This document shows, one piece after another, positions 8,749 through 17,703 of a stretch of 33,255 nt of DNA. The stretch lies in the IMG/VR virus record IMGVR_UViG_2667527666_000008; one strand, given 5' to 3'. Origin of the DNA: a virus (lineage: Duplodnaviria; Heunggongvirae; Uroviricota; Caudoviricetes). How positions within the stretch are numbered: position 1 is the stretch's first letter; each line of letters opens with the position of its first letter. A program made the translations under genes and the position numbers. The notes below the pieces were generated by a model. That model was given only the letters and a program-made list of their open reading frames with translations. It was not told the DNA's origin and did no database searches.

Positions 8749-9202
8749 GCAGCAAATCCGACAGGTCTGCCGCCAGTGCATGGACCGCTGCCGGGCGGGT
8801 GAAACATGGCCTCCGGACCTGGCTGAGTTTGTGGCGCTGATTTCAGAAAGCGGGGCCAATCCATTTGGCCTGACGGTGGATGCTGTGATGGAGGAGTACC
8901 GCCGCTGGCGTGATGAGTCCTGGCGATATGACGGAAGCGACAAATATCCGTGGCCTCAGCCTGTGCTGTACCACATCTGCCTCGAAATGCGTACCAGAGG
9001 GATTGAGCGCCAGATGACGCAGGGTGAGTTAAAACGACTTGCGGAACGGCAACTGACGAAATGGGCAAAGCATGTTGGTAACGGGATGAGTGTTCCGCCA
9101 GTGCGACGACAACTGGAAGGGGCGAAACACCCGCAAGGGCCAACGCCAATTGAACGGCTGAAACAGGAATACGAACGCCGGAAGGCAGCTGGTTTTATTT
9201 GA
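8537..9202 (+). CDS. Replication protein P-like (helicase loader)
   Basis: Resembles lambda P as recalled (WPPDLAEFVAL... ~ PSPGQFVAWCREE; MTQGELKRLAERQL ~ LTDAELRRKAADEL); AAGGGGG ribosome-binding site before the ATG at 8537; overlaps the last ~210 bp of the O-like ORF in another frame; alternative start at 8741. Confidence 0.7.
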   Translation: MQQHQVAPHHGQFRKFGQHVSSGNVKTDLSATETVWKLWELMGEVYSNRWTQKNGAAPSKLWIAQIGAMTEQQIRQVCRQCMDRCRAGETWPPDLAEFVALISESGANPFGLTVDAVMEEYRRWRDESWRYDGSDKYPWPQPVLYHICLEMRTRGIERQMTQGELKRLAERQLTKWAKHVGNGMSVPPVRRQLEGAKHPQGPTPIERLKQEYERRKAAGFI

Positions 9203-9235
9203 ATCTGAGAAACGATTTTGTCGGAGGAAATTTTA

Positions 9236-9562
9236 ATGGAAACCGTATTTGACGCACTGAAAGCAATGGGAAAAGCCACATCGGTAGAACTGGCCGCGCG
9301 ACTTGATATCAGTCGTGAAGAGGTTCTCAACGAGCTGTGGGAACTCAAAAGAAAAGGCGTCGTTGATAAAACTGGTCACACCTGGTTTCTGGCTGGCGAA
9401 GGTGAATCCCGGGTAACCGAAGAGCGGCCAGTAAAATCTGAAGCACAGGATATGCTGACCGGGGAGGTCGAACAAAAAGTTACCGCAGACATGATGATTG
9501 AGTTTATCGGTCAGGATGGGGCTAAAACGTGTGAGGAACTGGCGGGTAAGTTCGGTGTCTGA
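9236..9562 (+). CDS. Small winged-helix-like protein, 3' end replaced by the IS junction
   Basis: GGAGGA ribosome-binding site before the ATG at 9236; the stop codon TGA is formed by the first bases of the IS left inverted repeat (TGAACC...). Confidence 0.5.
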   Translation: METVFDALKAMGKATSVELAARLDISREEVLNELWELKRKGVVDKTGHTWFLAGEGESRVTEERPVKSEAQDMLTGEVEQKVTADMMIEFIGQDGAKTCEELAGKFGV

Positions 9563-9601
9563 ACCGCCCCGGGTTTCCTGGAGAGTGTTTTATCTGTGAA
9601 C

Positions 9602-10492
9602 TCAGGCTGCCAGATCATCGTTTCCGATGGAAGCATAATAAGCTTTTTCTGCTTCTGCCGGAGGAGTATGGCCCAGCCTTTCCAGCAATCGTCGATTGTT
9701 ATACCAGTCCACCCACGTGAGTGTGGCCAGTTCCACTTCTGCACGGTTTTTCCAGCTCTTACGGTGTATTACCTCCGCTTTGTAAAGACCATTGATGCTC
9801 TCCGCCATCGCGTTGTCATACGAGTCGCCTGTACTTCCTGTTGATGCCAGTAATCCGGCTTCCTTAAGCCGCTGTGTGTAGGCCAGCGATACATACTGAG
9901 AACCTTTATCACTGTGATGGACCGTGCCGGACGGTCGACGGGCCCATAACGCCTGCTCCAGTGCATCCAGCACGAATGTCGTTTCCATGGACGATGAGAC
10001 CCGCCACCCCACGATGTATCCGGCAAACACATCAATGATGAACGCCACATAGACGAAGCCCCGCCATGTGCTGACGTAAGTAAAATCAGCCACCCACAGC
10101 TGGTCAGGTCGTTCTGCCACGAACTGACGGTTTACGCGGTCGCCTGCGGCAACGGCTTTCCGGCTGATGGTCGTACGGACCTTTTTACCCCGGAGAACAC
10201 CGGCAAGTCCCATAACCGCCATGAGACGTGCCACAGTGCATCTGGCCACTCTGATACCTTCCCGTAACAACTGACGCCAGACTTTACGCACACCGTATAC
10301 CTTGTGATTTTCATCGTATACGCGCTGTATCTCTTTCTTCAGCCAGTCATCGCGCTGCGCACGGGCACTGCGTTTATCCGGATGATGTCGCTGTTGCTGA
10401 CAGTGGTAATACGTTGACGGGGCAATATGCAGTTCGCTGCATAGCGGTCCGACCCCGTACTGCTCACGCAGCTTATCCAGCAGTGGCATCAT
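9602..10492 (-). CDS. IS3-family transposase OrfB (DDE integrase core)
   Basis: 296-aa ORF with DDE catalytic signatures (WVADFTYV..., HSDKGSQY..., [15 protein letters not shown]); overlaps OrfA by 4 bp. Confidence 0.9.
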   Translation of the reverse strand: MMPLLDKLREQYGVGPLCSELHIAPSTYYHCQQQRHHPDKRSARAQRDDWLKKEIQRVYDENHKVYGVRKVWRQLLREGIRVARCTVARLMAVMGLAGVLRGKKVRTTISRKAVAAGDRVNRQFVAERPDQLWVADFTYVSTWRGFVYVAFIIDVFAGYIVGWRVSSSMETTFVLDALEQALWARRPSGTVHHSDKGSQYVSLAYTQRLKEAGLLASTGSTGDSYDNAMAESINGLYKAEVIHRKSWKNRAEVELATLTWVDWYNNRRLLERLGHTPPAEAEKAYYASIGNDDLAA

Positions 10493-10815
10493 TTTTTCCA
10501 GAGGCGGTCGAACTCCGCCTTCGCAAAATAAGCGGAAGCCTGGCGAAGGATATCGTTACTGCGGCGCAGTTCACGATTTTCACGTTCCAGCTCTTTCAGA
10601 CGCTGACGTTCAGCGGTGGTGAGCCCGCCATCACCGCCCCCGGTATCCCGCTCATGCTGGCGAACCCAGACACGCAGAGTCTCCGGCGTACAGCCAATCT
10701 TTGGAGCAATGGAACAAATTGTCGCCCATTGTGAGTCATATTCGCTCTGACTTTCCAGAACCATACGGACTGCCCGTTGACGGACTTCGGGGGAAAAACG
10801 AGTATTTTTAGTCAT
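10489..10815 (-). CDS. IS3-family transposase OrfA (HTH)
   Basis: 108-aa ORF with an HTH and leucine-zipper-like C-terminus ([18 protein letters not shown]). Confidence 0.9.
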   Translation of the reverse strand: MTKNTRFSPEVRQRAVRMVLESQSEYDSQWATICSIAPKIGCTPETLRVWVRQHERDTGGGDGGLTTAERQRLKELERENRELRRSNDILRQASAYFAKAEFDRLWKK

Positions 10816-10958
10816 CCTGTTTACCTCTTTCTCAGGAAGTTTAGTCTCCAGGATTCCCGGGGCGGTTCAGTACTCGCAAGGTTGCTTCCACGCTGGCGGT
10901 GGTAACCGCAACGGGGCGGCTGGCACGCGTTAATCAGAACGGTAAATTTCGTTACTGC

Positions 10959-11315
10959 ATGCCGGGCGATAATTTACCAGCAGAGCCGAAAGCCGCGCTG
11001 GTAACGGAAAGTGATGGTAAGGCCTTTCCTCAGCCAGCAGGTGCTGCGTTACCAGTCCGGGAAGCCGCAACACAGGAAGAAATTAAAACAGAAACTGTGG
11101 CGGACATTGTGCAGCCGTTGCCATCGTTTACCGAAACGCAAGCAGATGAGCTGATTTTTCCGTCCCTTCGCAGGGCAAACCTGGCGCTGCGCAGGGCGAA
11201 AAGTGATGTTCAGAAGTGGGAGCGAGTCTGCGCCGCGCTGCGGGAGCTGAACAAGCACCGGGATATTGTTCGACAGATTACTGATTCTTCCCGCCGTGTT
11301 GTATCGGAAAAGTGA
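10959..11315 (+). CDS. Hypothetical protein
   Basis: Open frame extends upstream to the IS junction (GTG at 10899); the ATG at 10959 is taken as the start; no recognisable domain. Confidence 0.3.
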   Translation: MPGDNLPAEPKAALVTESDGKAFPQPAGAALPVREAATQEEIKTETVADIVQPLPSFTETQADELIFPSLRRANLALRRAKSDVQKWERVCAALRELNKHRDIVRQITDSSRRVVSEK

Positions 11316-11330
11316 TTGCCGGAGGCGCTT

Positions 11331-11756
11331 ATGGCAAAAGTATTTACACAAGAAGAGCGGGAAAAAATTAAAGGGCAGGTTGTTGAACTTGTACGTCTGA
11401 GCGGTCGCGAGACGTTGCGGCAACTGGAAGCCAAGACAGGTGCGACAAGATATCTGATGAGTGTTCTCGCCAGAGAGCTGGTTGCCAGTGGCGATGTATA
11501 CAACTCTGGTTACGGGTTATTCCCGTCTGAACAGGCGCGTAAGGACTGGCAAAATGCTCGCAAAAAACTCTCAAGGGCAAAGGTGAAGAAACCTGCAGTG
11601 GTTGATCCGGACCTTATCTGGTCGTTACCAGACGGCGAAATACGCCGCTACGACAGGCGCCTGAATATAATCTGTCGCGAGTGCCGGAAGAGCGAAGCTA
11701 TGCAGCGTGTACTGGCATTTTATCAAGGAAATGTTAGGTATTTTAGACGTTACTAG
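11331..11756 (+). CDS. Hypothetical protein (141 aa)
   Basis: GGAGG ribosome-binding site before the ATG at 11331; C-terminal Cys/Arg-rich segment (ICRECRKSEAMQRV). Confidence 0.45.
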   Translation: MAKVFTQEEREKIKGQVVELVRLSGRETLRQLEAKTGATRYLMSVLARELVASGDVYNSGYGLFPSEQARKDWQNARKKLSRAKVKKPAVVDPDLIWSLPDGEIRRYDRRLNIICRECRKSEAMQRVLAFYQGNVRYFRRY

Positions 11757-11909
11757 ATTAAAGAGCATTAGTTCAGATGTGAATTGACATTTTCATGGCG
11801 CAGGGTAGAGCCAGCGTGGTTGTCCGCTTTGCGTCAAAACCAGATATTACCAGATTTAGACATATATTCCCGATAGCCCTGCTCTGATGCTACACTCTGT
11901 GCTATTTTC

Positions 11910-12596
11910 ATGACCCCAATAAAAATATTTATGACTATTGCTGATTTCAAACGGCCTAAATTGGAGCTCCCAAACGGGGCAAACAAACTACTACTGCACT
12001 CTTGCTGTGCTCCATGTTCCGGTGAAGTGATGGAGGCGCTTCAGGCCTCGGGAATCGACTACACCATCTTTTTCTACAACCCGAACATTCATCCTCAGAA
12101 AGAGTATTTAATTCGTAAGGATGAAAATATTCGCTTTGCTGAACAACACGGCGTGCCGTTTATCGATGCTGATTACGACACCGACAACTGGTTTGAACGT
12201 GCCAAAGGAATGGAATGGGAGCCTGAGAGGGGGATCCGTTGTACCATGTGTTTTGACATGCGTTTTGAGCGGACAGCGTTGTACGCTGCTGAAAATGGTT
12301 TCAGTGTGATCAGCAGTTCACTGGGCATTTCACGCTGGAAAAATATGCAGCAGGTTAACGAGTGTGGGCGGCGAGCTGTTGCGCATTATCCGGGTATGGT
12401 GTACTGGGATTATAACTGGCGCAAGCAGGGCGGCTCGTCCCGTATGATTGAAATCAGCAAGCGCGAAAAATTCTATCAGCAGGAATATTGTGGCTGTGTG
12501 TATTCTCTGCGCGATACCAATCTACACCGCAAATCTCAGGGACGCCCTCTTATCAAAATTGGCCAACTCCACTACGGAAAAGAAGAGAAGGAGTGA
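11910..12596 (+). CDS. QueH-like protein (DUF208, epoxyqueuosine reductase family)
   Basis: Family-diagnostic motifs '[11 protein letters not shown]' near the N-terminus and '[11 protein letters not shown]' near the C-terminus, plus internal '[10 protein letters not shown]'; alternative start at 11931; preceded by a promoter-like AT-rich region. Confidence 0.65.
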   Translation: MTPIKIFMTIADFKRPKLELPNGANKLLLHSCCAPCSGEVMEALQASGIDYTIFFYNPNIHPQKEYLIRKDENIRFAEQHGVPFIDADYDTDNWFERAKGMEWEPERGIRCTMCFDMRFERTALYAAENGFSVISSSLGISRWKNMQQVNECGRRAVAHYPGMVYWDYNWRKQGGSSRMIEISKREKFYQQEYCGCVYSLRDTNLHRKSQGRPLIKIGQLHYGKEEKE

Positions 12597-12833
12597 TTTT
12601 ATGGATCACCTTTCTGATTGATTTCATATTGGCGAGGTGACGTGAGTTAAGTAGAATGGCTGCGGGTGCTTGAGGCTATCTGTCTCAGGCATGAACACTG
12701 AAAGGCAGATAGAGAAAAGCCCCAGTTAACATTTCGCGTCCTGCAAGACGCTTAACATTAATCTGAGGCCCAATCTATGTCTCACAAATGTAGGTTAGCC
12801 TCTTACGTGCCGAAAGGCAAGGGGAAGCAGGCT

Positions 12834-12989
12834 ATGAAGCAGCAAAAGGCGATGTTAATCGCCCTGATCGTCATCTGTTTAACCGTCATTGTGACGGCAC
12901 TGGTAACGAGGAAAGACCTCTGCGAGGTACGAATCCGAACCGGCCAGACGGAGGTCGCTGTCTTCACAGCTTACGAACCTGAGGAGTAA
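12834..12989 (+). CDS. hok: Hok/Gef-family type I toxin (51 aa)
   Basis: MKQQKAMLIALIVICLTVIVTALVTRKDLCEVRIRTGQTEVAVFTAYEPEE: single transmembrane helix plus the conserved Hok C-terminal region; in-frame upstream extension from 12777; structured leader and 3' fold-back hairpins. Confidence 0.85.
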   Translation: MKQQKAMLIALIVICLTVIVTALVTRKDLCEVRIRTGQTEVAVFTAYEPEE

Positions 12990-13058
12990 GAGACCCGGCG
13001 GGGGAGTAATCTCCCGCCACCTCTGATGTGCCAGGCATCCTCAACGCACCCGCACTTA

Positions 13059-13078
13059 ACCCGCTTCGGCGGGTTTTT
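13059..13078 (+). terminator. Intrinsic terminator (CCCGC-ttcg-GCGGG-TTTTT)
   Basis: GC stem-loop plus T-run downstream of hok; the same hairpin recurs at 14894..14915. Confidence 0.65.
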
Positions 13079-13154
13079 GCATTAGTCTGGTTGACAAAAA
13101 TAGAAAAATGCGAAAATATGTGGTTTACGAATTCTAAAAAAAGCGAAACTTGAA

Positions 13155-13805
13155 ATGAATGAAAATCAGTTAGCTCCTTGTTGGGAATTTCAACCTTATC
13201 TTGCTGAAAACTATGTTCGCCACTTGTTGGCGGAGATCGCTAACGTACTTGAGCAGCTGTACTATCATAAGCACGCATTAGACAGCAACTGGTCTGAAGG
13301 TGTAAGGGCTTATGATTGGGTCAGAAATCATCTTATTCAAAATGAAGATGCAATTCCTGGCCTTGAGATGATTTCCAAGGGGTTGGACTATGTAGTTGCT
13401 TTAAATAAAGTTCCGCTACAATTTACCAAAGATTGCATTAATAACCCCAAAAAGAAACATCGTCTGCGTCGAAATAAAGTAGAGTATGAGCAGCTCTCAT
13501 TGTTTGGTGATGTTGAGGCTGAGCAAGATATTACATGGCGAGTCATAGCTGAGCCTTTTTTATCCGAAGAGGGCGATGGTGAATTAGAGTCCACACTGCC
13601 TCGTTGGGAGGTAGCTCTTGTTGGATTTAATACTTATGGTGCTCAGATTAGTATAGTTTCTCATCAATCTACAGCATCGATGCCGCTTATGCCTCTTGAT
13701 TATAACACACTCCCTGACGAAGCGGAGATTAATAAGGTGCCTCTTCGTCGGCGTACGAAGGATAAAGATTTGGATGTGAGCAGTGATGGAACATCAGGTG
13801 AATAA
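13155..13805 (+). CDS. Hypothetical protein (216 aa), first gene of a two-gene cassette
   Basis: AT-rich ORF with no recognisable motif; acidic C-terminal half; stop overlaps the start of the downstream HTH-peptidase gene by 23 bp (operon). Confidence 0.6.
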   Translation: MNENQLAPCWEFQPYLAENYVRHLLAEIANVLEQLYYHKHALDSNWSEGVRAYDWVRNHLIQNEDAIPGLEMISKGLDYVVALNKVPLQFTKDCINNPKKKHRLRRNKVEYEQLSLFGDVEAEQDITWRVIAEPFLSEEGDGELESTLPRWEVALVGFNTYGAQISIVSHQSTASMPLMPLDYNTLPDEAEINKVPLRRRTKDKDLDVSSDGTSGE

Positions 13806-14889
13806 CTTCACTGAGTATCGGGGTGATAAGCTCAAACTAGCGAGAATGGCTGTTGGGCTTTCTTGTGAAGAGTTAGCCGAAAAAATTGGCAAGACAAAGC
13901 AATTCGTTAGCAAACTGGAGAAGGGGTGCAGGCCATCGGAGCAATGTCTTGAGTTAATATCTTCAGCGCTTATGATTAAGTCCAGTTTTCTTTTTACTGA
14001 ACGAAAATACGCTCTGGAAAGTGATGTCTGCCATTTTCGGAGTAAGAAGTCCAGGACTCAAACGCTGACTAATAGTGTATTGGCCAGGGCTGAGATTCTT
14101 AATATTATAATTTCTGCTGTTGAAGGTGAAATCGAATTTCCTGACGTTAACATACCGGAGCACCCAGGGGCTGAATTACTTACTCCGAATGATATTGAGC
14201 GAGTGGCAGAAGATTGTCGCCGTGCCTGGAATTTAGGTCTTGGCCCTATATCATCAATGGTTAAATTGGCGGAGAGTTTAGGGGTAATCGTTGCGCATGT
14301 TACGGGAGTCGATGATCGTGTTGATGCTTTTACTGTTCACAATAACAGGCCTGTTATCATCAGGAACAATGTTAAAAAAAGCATATGTAGATTTCGCTCT
14401 GATTTAGGTCATGAATTAGGGCATTTAGTAATGCATGAGGGCATAACGACAGGTGATAAACTTACGGAATCACAAGCCGATCACTTTTCGAGCGCCTTAT
14501 TAGTTCCCAGGTTATCTTTCATTAAAGAATTTCCACGAATACGAGGTAAGCAATTCGACTGGAATGCTCTGGTTGAATTTAAACTTAGATGGAAAATCAG
14601 CCTTAAAATGTGTATTTATCGAGCCAGCGCATTAGGCTTATTGACCCAGGAACAGGCAAGAACTGGCTATATGCATCTTAATTCCAGAGGGTATACGAGA
14701 GTTGAACCTGGTGATGAACTTTTGCGCCCTGAAGAACCCGGCATGCTGGCCGAGGCGATTGAAATGCTGGATGATGCAACCTGGCTAAGAATTCTTATGA
14801 AAACTGGCTTGAGCCAAGATTTAATTCGTGAGTTGTTCTCCATCAACAGACCTATTACAAATCCAAGAAATATTTTCCAGATTGTTTGA
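13783..14889 (+). CDS. XRE-family HTH fused to ImmA/IrrE-type zinc metallopeptidase domain
   Basis: N-terminal HTH (LSCEELAEKIGKTKQFVSKLEKG) and central HExxH zinc-binding motif (GHELGHLVMHEG) in an ImmA/IrrE-like context; 368 aa; AT-rich. Confidence 0.75.
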   Translation: MMEHQVNNFTEYRGDKLKLARMAVGLSCEELAEKIGKTKQFVSKLEKGCRPSEQCLELISSALMIKSSFLFTERKYALESDVCHFRSKKSRTQTLTNSVLARAEILNIIISAVEGEIEFPDVNIPEHPGAELLTPNDIERVAEDCRRAWNLGLGPISSMVKLAESLGVIVAHVTGVDDRVDAFTVHNNRPVIIRNNVKKSICRFRSDLGHELGHLVMHEGITTGDKLTESQADHFSSALLVPRLSFIKEFPRIRGKQFDWNALVEFKLRWKISLKMCIYRASALGLLTQEQARTGYMHLNSRGYTRVEPGDELLRPEEPGMLAEAIEMLDDATWLRILMKTGLSQDLIRELFSINRPITNPRNIFQIV

Positions 14890-14893
14890 GTAT

Positions 14894-14915
14894 ACCCGCT
14901 TCGGCGGGTTTTTTG
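14894..14915 (+). terminator. Intrinsic terminator (second copy of ACCCGCTTCGGCGGGTTTTT)
   Basis: Same hairpin as 13059..13078, followed by a longer T-run; immediately after the HTH-peptidase gene. Confidence 0.65.
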
Positions 14916-14998
14916 TTTTTATTTTCAACGTGTTTGAAGTTTTGGACGGTGCCAGAATAGAATCAAAAATACTTAAGTAGCGCGCAGGGAGAAGAGGG

Positions 14999-15220
14999 AT
15001 GGACCCCGAACAGGGGGAGTGCTATTTATCTGGAAGGATTCTGTTGATGAAAATCGAAGAATTACGTGAAATTTTTAGTGAAGATGGCCTCTATGCTGTG
15101 CGCGTTGAGAATGGGGGTATTACCTACACAGCGTTAATTCCTGATGATCATGTAGTGTTATCTGTTGAGGCATTCATTGAATACTTGGAAAGACTCGGTT
15201 TCAAGGTAGTTCGGGAATAA
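14999..15220 (+). CDS. Hypothetical protein (73 aa)
   Basis: GAGGG ribosome-binding site before the ATG; small acidic product. Confidence 0.45.
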   Translation: MDPEQGECYLSGRILLMKIEELREIFSEDGLYAVRVENGGITYTALIPDDHVVLSVEAFIEYLERLGFKVVRE

Positions 15221-15279
15221 GTTATAATACGTGAGCCAGCCTGAACAACTGGCAACCTGCAGCGCCATTGGAGATGACA

Positions 15280-15552
15280 ATGGCGCATAATTTCAAATTT
15301 CGCAATTCTGATTCTGCCTTTGCCAGCAGGCACGGGTGGCGTTCTCACGCATTCAAATATGACTGGTATCAGCACGATCCCTGTACTGAAGAACAGGCCG
15401 AATGGCTGATTCATAACTACCGCAGACGTGGATATGAGTTTAGGAAAGCCCTCACCCTCGATTATCGTCACTGGATAATCTACGTCAGACTCCCTTATTC
15501 CGAACGCCCACCGCGTCCGTCCCGCACATTCCAGCAACGCATCTGGAGGTAA
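15280..15552 (+). CDS. Hypothetical protein (~90 aa)
   Basis: GGAG ribosome-binding site before the ATG at 15280 (ORF opens at 15268); basic, Trp/Tyr/His-rich. Confidence 0.4.
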   Translation: MAHNFKFRNSDSAFASRHGWRSHAFKYDWYQHDPCTEEQAEWLIHNYRRRGYEFRKALTLDYRHWIIYVRLPYSERPPRPSRTFQQRIWR

Positions 15553-15553
15553 C

Positions 15554-16600
15554 GTGCGGGTATTACTTCGACCTGTTCTGGTACCGGAACTCGGGCTGGT
15601 GATCGTTAAGCCGGGCCGTGAATCCATGCCGGTATTCCACAATACCCGGGTACTGGTGGAGCCGGAACCGAAAAGCATGCGTAATCTGCCGTCCGGGGTC
15701 GTTCCTGCCGTTCGCCAGCCGCTGGCGGAGGATAAATCATTACTGCCATTTTTCAGCGACGAACGAGTGATTCGTGCTGCTGGTGGCGCTGGCGCATTGT
15801 CTGATTGGTTACTGCGCCATGTTAAATCCTGCCAGTGGCCACACGGCGATTATCACCACAGTGAAACCGTCATTCACCGTTATGGTACCGGCGCAATGGT
15901 GTTGTGCTGGCACTGCGACAACCAGCTGCGCGACCAGACCTCCGAATCACTCGGGCAACTTGCTCACCAAAACCTGTCTGCATGGATGATTGACGTCATA
16001 CGCCATGCAATGAATGGCTCGCAGGAACGGGAATTATCGCTGGCTGAATTATCCTGGTGGGCGGTCCGCAATCAGGTGGCGGACGCGCTACCGGAAGCGG
16101 TATTACGTCGTTCGCTGGGGTTGCGTGCGGAAAAAATCCGCTCAATGTACCGTGAAAGCGACATCGTACCGGGAGAGCAGACCGCCACCAGCATACTGAA
16201 GCAGCGCACAAAAAATCTTGCGCCGCTGCCTCACGCCCACCAGCAAAACCCGCCACAGGAAGAGACGGTGGTCAGCATTGCCGTTGATCCTGAGTCTCCG
16301 GAATCTTTCATGAAACGACCTAAACGTCGCCGCTGGGTTAACGAGAAATACACACGCTGGGTGAAGACACAGCCGTGTGCGTGTTGTGGTAAGCCAGCCG
16401 ACGATCCCCATCACCTGATTGGTCATGGTCAGGGCGGAATGGGGACAAAATCTCACGATATTTTCACGCTACCGCTGTGTCGGGAGCATCACAACGAGCT
16501 TCATGCGGATCCTCTGGCGTTCGAAGAAAAGCATGGTTCTCAGGTTGATTTAATTTTTCGTTTTCTTGATCACGCCTTTGCAACTGGCGTGCTTGGGTAA
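15554..16600 (+). CDS. DUF968-like phage protein with C-terminal HNH-like motif (YdfU-like)
   Basis: GTG start with GGAGG ribosome-binding site; C-terminus 'CACCGKPADDPHHLIGHGQGGMGTKSHDIFTLPLCREHHNELH' is a His-Me/HNH-like metal-binding signature; position just upstream of rusA. Confidence 0.6.
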   Translation: MRVLLRPVLVPELGLVIVKPGRESMPVFHNTRVLVEPEPKSMRNLPSGVVPAVRQPLAEDKSLLPFFSDERVIRAAGGAGALSDWLLRHVKSCQWPHGDYHHSETVIHRYGTGAMVLCWHCDNQLRDQTSESLGQLAHQNLSAWMIDVIRHAMNGSQERELSLAELSWWAVRNQVADALPEAVLRRSLGLRAEKIRSMYRESDIVPGEQTATSILKQRTKNLAPLPHAHQQNPPQEETVVSIAVDPESPESFMKRPKRRRWVNEKYTRWVKTQPCACCGKPADDPHHLIGHGQGGMGTKSHDIFTLPLCREHHNELHADPLAFEEKHGSQVDLIFRFLDHAFATGVLG

Positions 16601-16612
16601 AAGAGGTGACTG

Positions 16613-16972
16613 ATGCTCATAGATTTGGTTTTACCTTACCCGCCGACGGTGAACACTTACTGGCGACGCCGTGGCAGCACATATTTTATCTCGGAGGAGG
16701 GAAAGCGTTATCGCCGGGCTGTGGCGCTTATTGTTCGCCAGCAGCGGCTGAAATTAAGCCTGTCCGGAAGGCTGGCGATAAAGGTGATTGCAGAGCCACC
16801 GGATAAGCGCCGCCGCGACCTGGACAATATCCTGAAGGCACCACTGGATGCGCTGACGCATGCCGGACTACTTATAGACGACGAGCAGTTTGATGAAATC
16901 AATATTGTGCGCGGTCAGCTCGTTCCTGGTGGGCGGCTGGGGATAAAAATCACAGAACTGGAGTGCGCATGA
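16613..16972 (+). CDS. rusA: Crossover junction endodeoxyribonuclease RusA (Holliday junction resolvase)
   Basis: 119-aa product with the RusA signature 'PDKRRRDLDNILKAPLDALTHAGLLIDDEQ'; AAGAGG ribosome-binding site. Confidence 0.85.
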   Translation: MLIDLVLPYPPTVNTYWRRRGSTYFISEEGKRYRRAVALIVRQQRLKLSLSGRLAIKVIAEPPDKRRRDLDNILKAPLDALTHAGLLIDDEQFDEINIVRGQLVPGGRLGIKITELECA

Positions 16973-17658
16973 ATAACCAGTATTTACAGTTTGTGCGTGA
17001 GCAGCTCATTATCGCCACCGCTGATTTGAGTGGGGCAACAAAAGGTCAGCTTGAAGCCTGGCAGGAGAATGCCATGTTCGATACAGGGCGTTACAGGCGT
17101 AAAAAAATCCGGTACCGCGATGAAGTGACCGGAAAAATGATAACGCGGGATAATCCACCAATCCCGGGAAAACAATCGCTGGCGAAGGGGACGTCAATTC
17201 CTCTGGTCAGTCAGGTTGCTTTTTCTACATCATCATGGCGGCGGGCTGTTTTGTCTCTTGAAGAACATCATAAAGCCTGGTTGTTGTGGTGTTACAGCGG
17301 AAATACTTGCTGGGAGTATCAGATCGCGATAACGCAGTGGGCATGGACAGAATTTAAGACTCACTCTGGTACCAGGAAAATTGCAGGGAAGACACAGGAA
17401 CGCCTGAAAAAATTAATCTGGCTGGCTGCACAGGATGTCAGGAGATGGGTTATAGGACATGATATCTACCAGCAACAGGAGCTTGCCCGTCTGTGTGGGA
17501 TTAAGCCTGACAACTGGAGCCACAATTATGTGAGCTACTGGCGTGAAATACTCGATATTTTTATGAACCTCGATACCGAATCTCTGATTTGCACTGTGAA
17601 AAGGAGATCTCAACAAAAAGCGGCATTTTTGCAGCGAGATATTGCAAAAGTCAATTAG
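16969..17658 (+). CDS. Putative late-gene antiterminator (Q-like)
   Basis: 229-aa ORF overlapping the rusA stop (ATGA), followed immediately by a promoter-like AT-rich stretch and a strong terminator; assignment rests on position and size, not on a recognised motif. Confidence 0.45.
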   Translation: MNNQYLQFVREQLIIATADLSGATKGQLEAWQENAMFDTGRYRRKKIRYRDEVTGKMITRDNPPIPGKQSLAKGTSIPLVSQVAFSTSSWRRAVLSLEEHHKAWLLWCYSGNTCWEYQIAITQWAWTEFKTHSGTRKIAGKTQERLKKLIWLAAQDVRRWVIGHDIYQQQELARLCGIKPDNWSHNYVSYWREILDIFMNLDTESLICTVKRRSQQKAAFLQRDIAKVN

Positions 17659-17703
17659 ATAGCATATATTTTATGTAAATGTGATATATTGCTGTAAAGT
17701 GTA

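Larger units (their letters stand above)
9560..10869 (-). mobile_element. IS3-family insertion sequence, IS629-like (1310 bp)
   Basis: Terminal inverted repeats TGAACCGCCCCGGG(T/A)(T/A)TCCTGGAGA at both ends; OrfA (108 aa) and OrfB (296 aa, DDE motif) on the minus strand; length and proteins match IS629/IS1203-type elements as recalled. Confidence 0.85.

Noticed and set aside
8658-9348. Minus-strand ORFs (90-163 aa) overlapping the P-like gene
   Set aside because: Antisense to a gene with recognisable lambda-P-like similarity; Ser/Arg-rich shadow frames.
9557-10872. A clean 3-4 bp target-site duplication flanking the IS element
   Set aside because: Flanking triplets are GTC (left) and GTA (right), not identical; boundaries were set by the inverted repeats and the 1310-bp length, so the duplication is left unconfirmed rather than asserted.
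12777-12833. In-frame upstream extension of hok as a separate Mok-like gene
   Set aside because: It is in the same frame as hok rather than the overlapping +1 frame typical of mok, so it was not called as a distinct gene.
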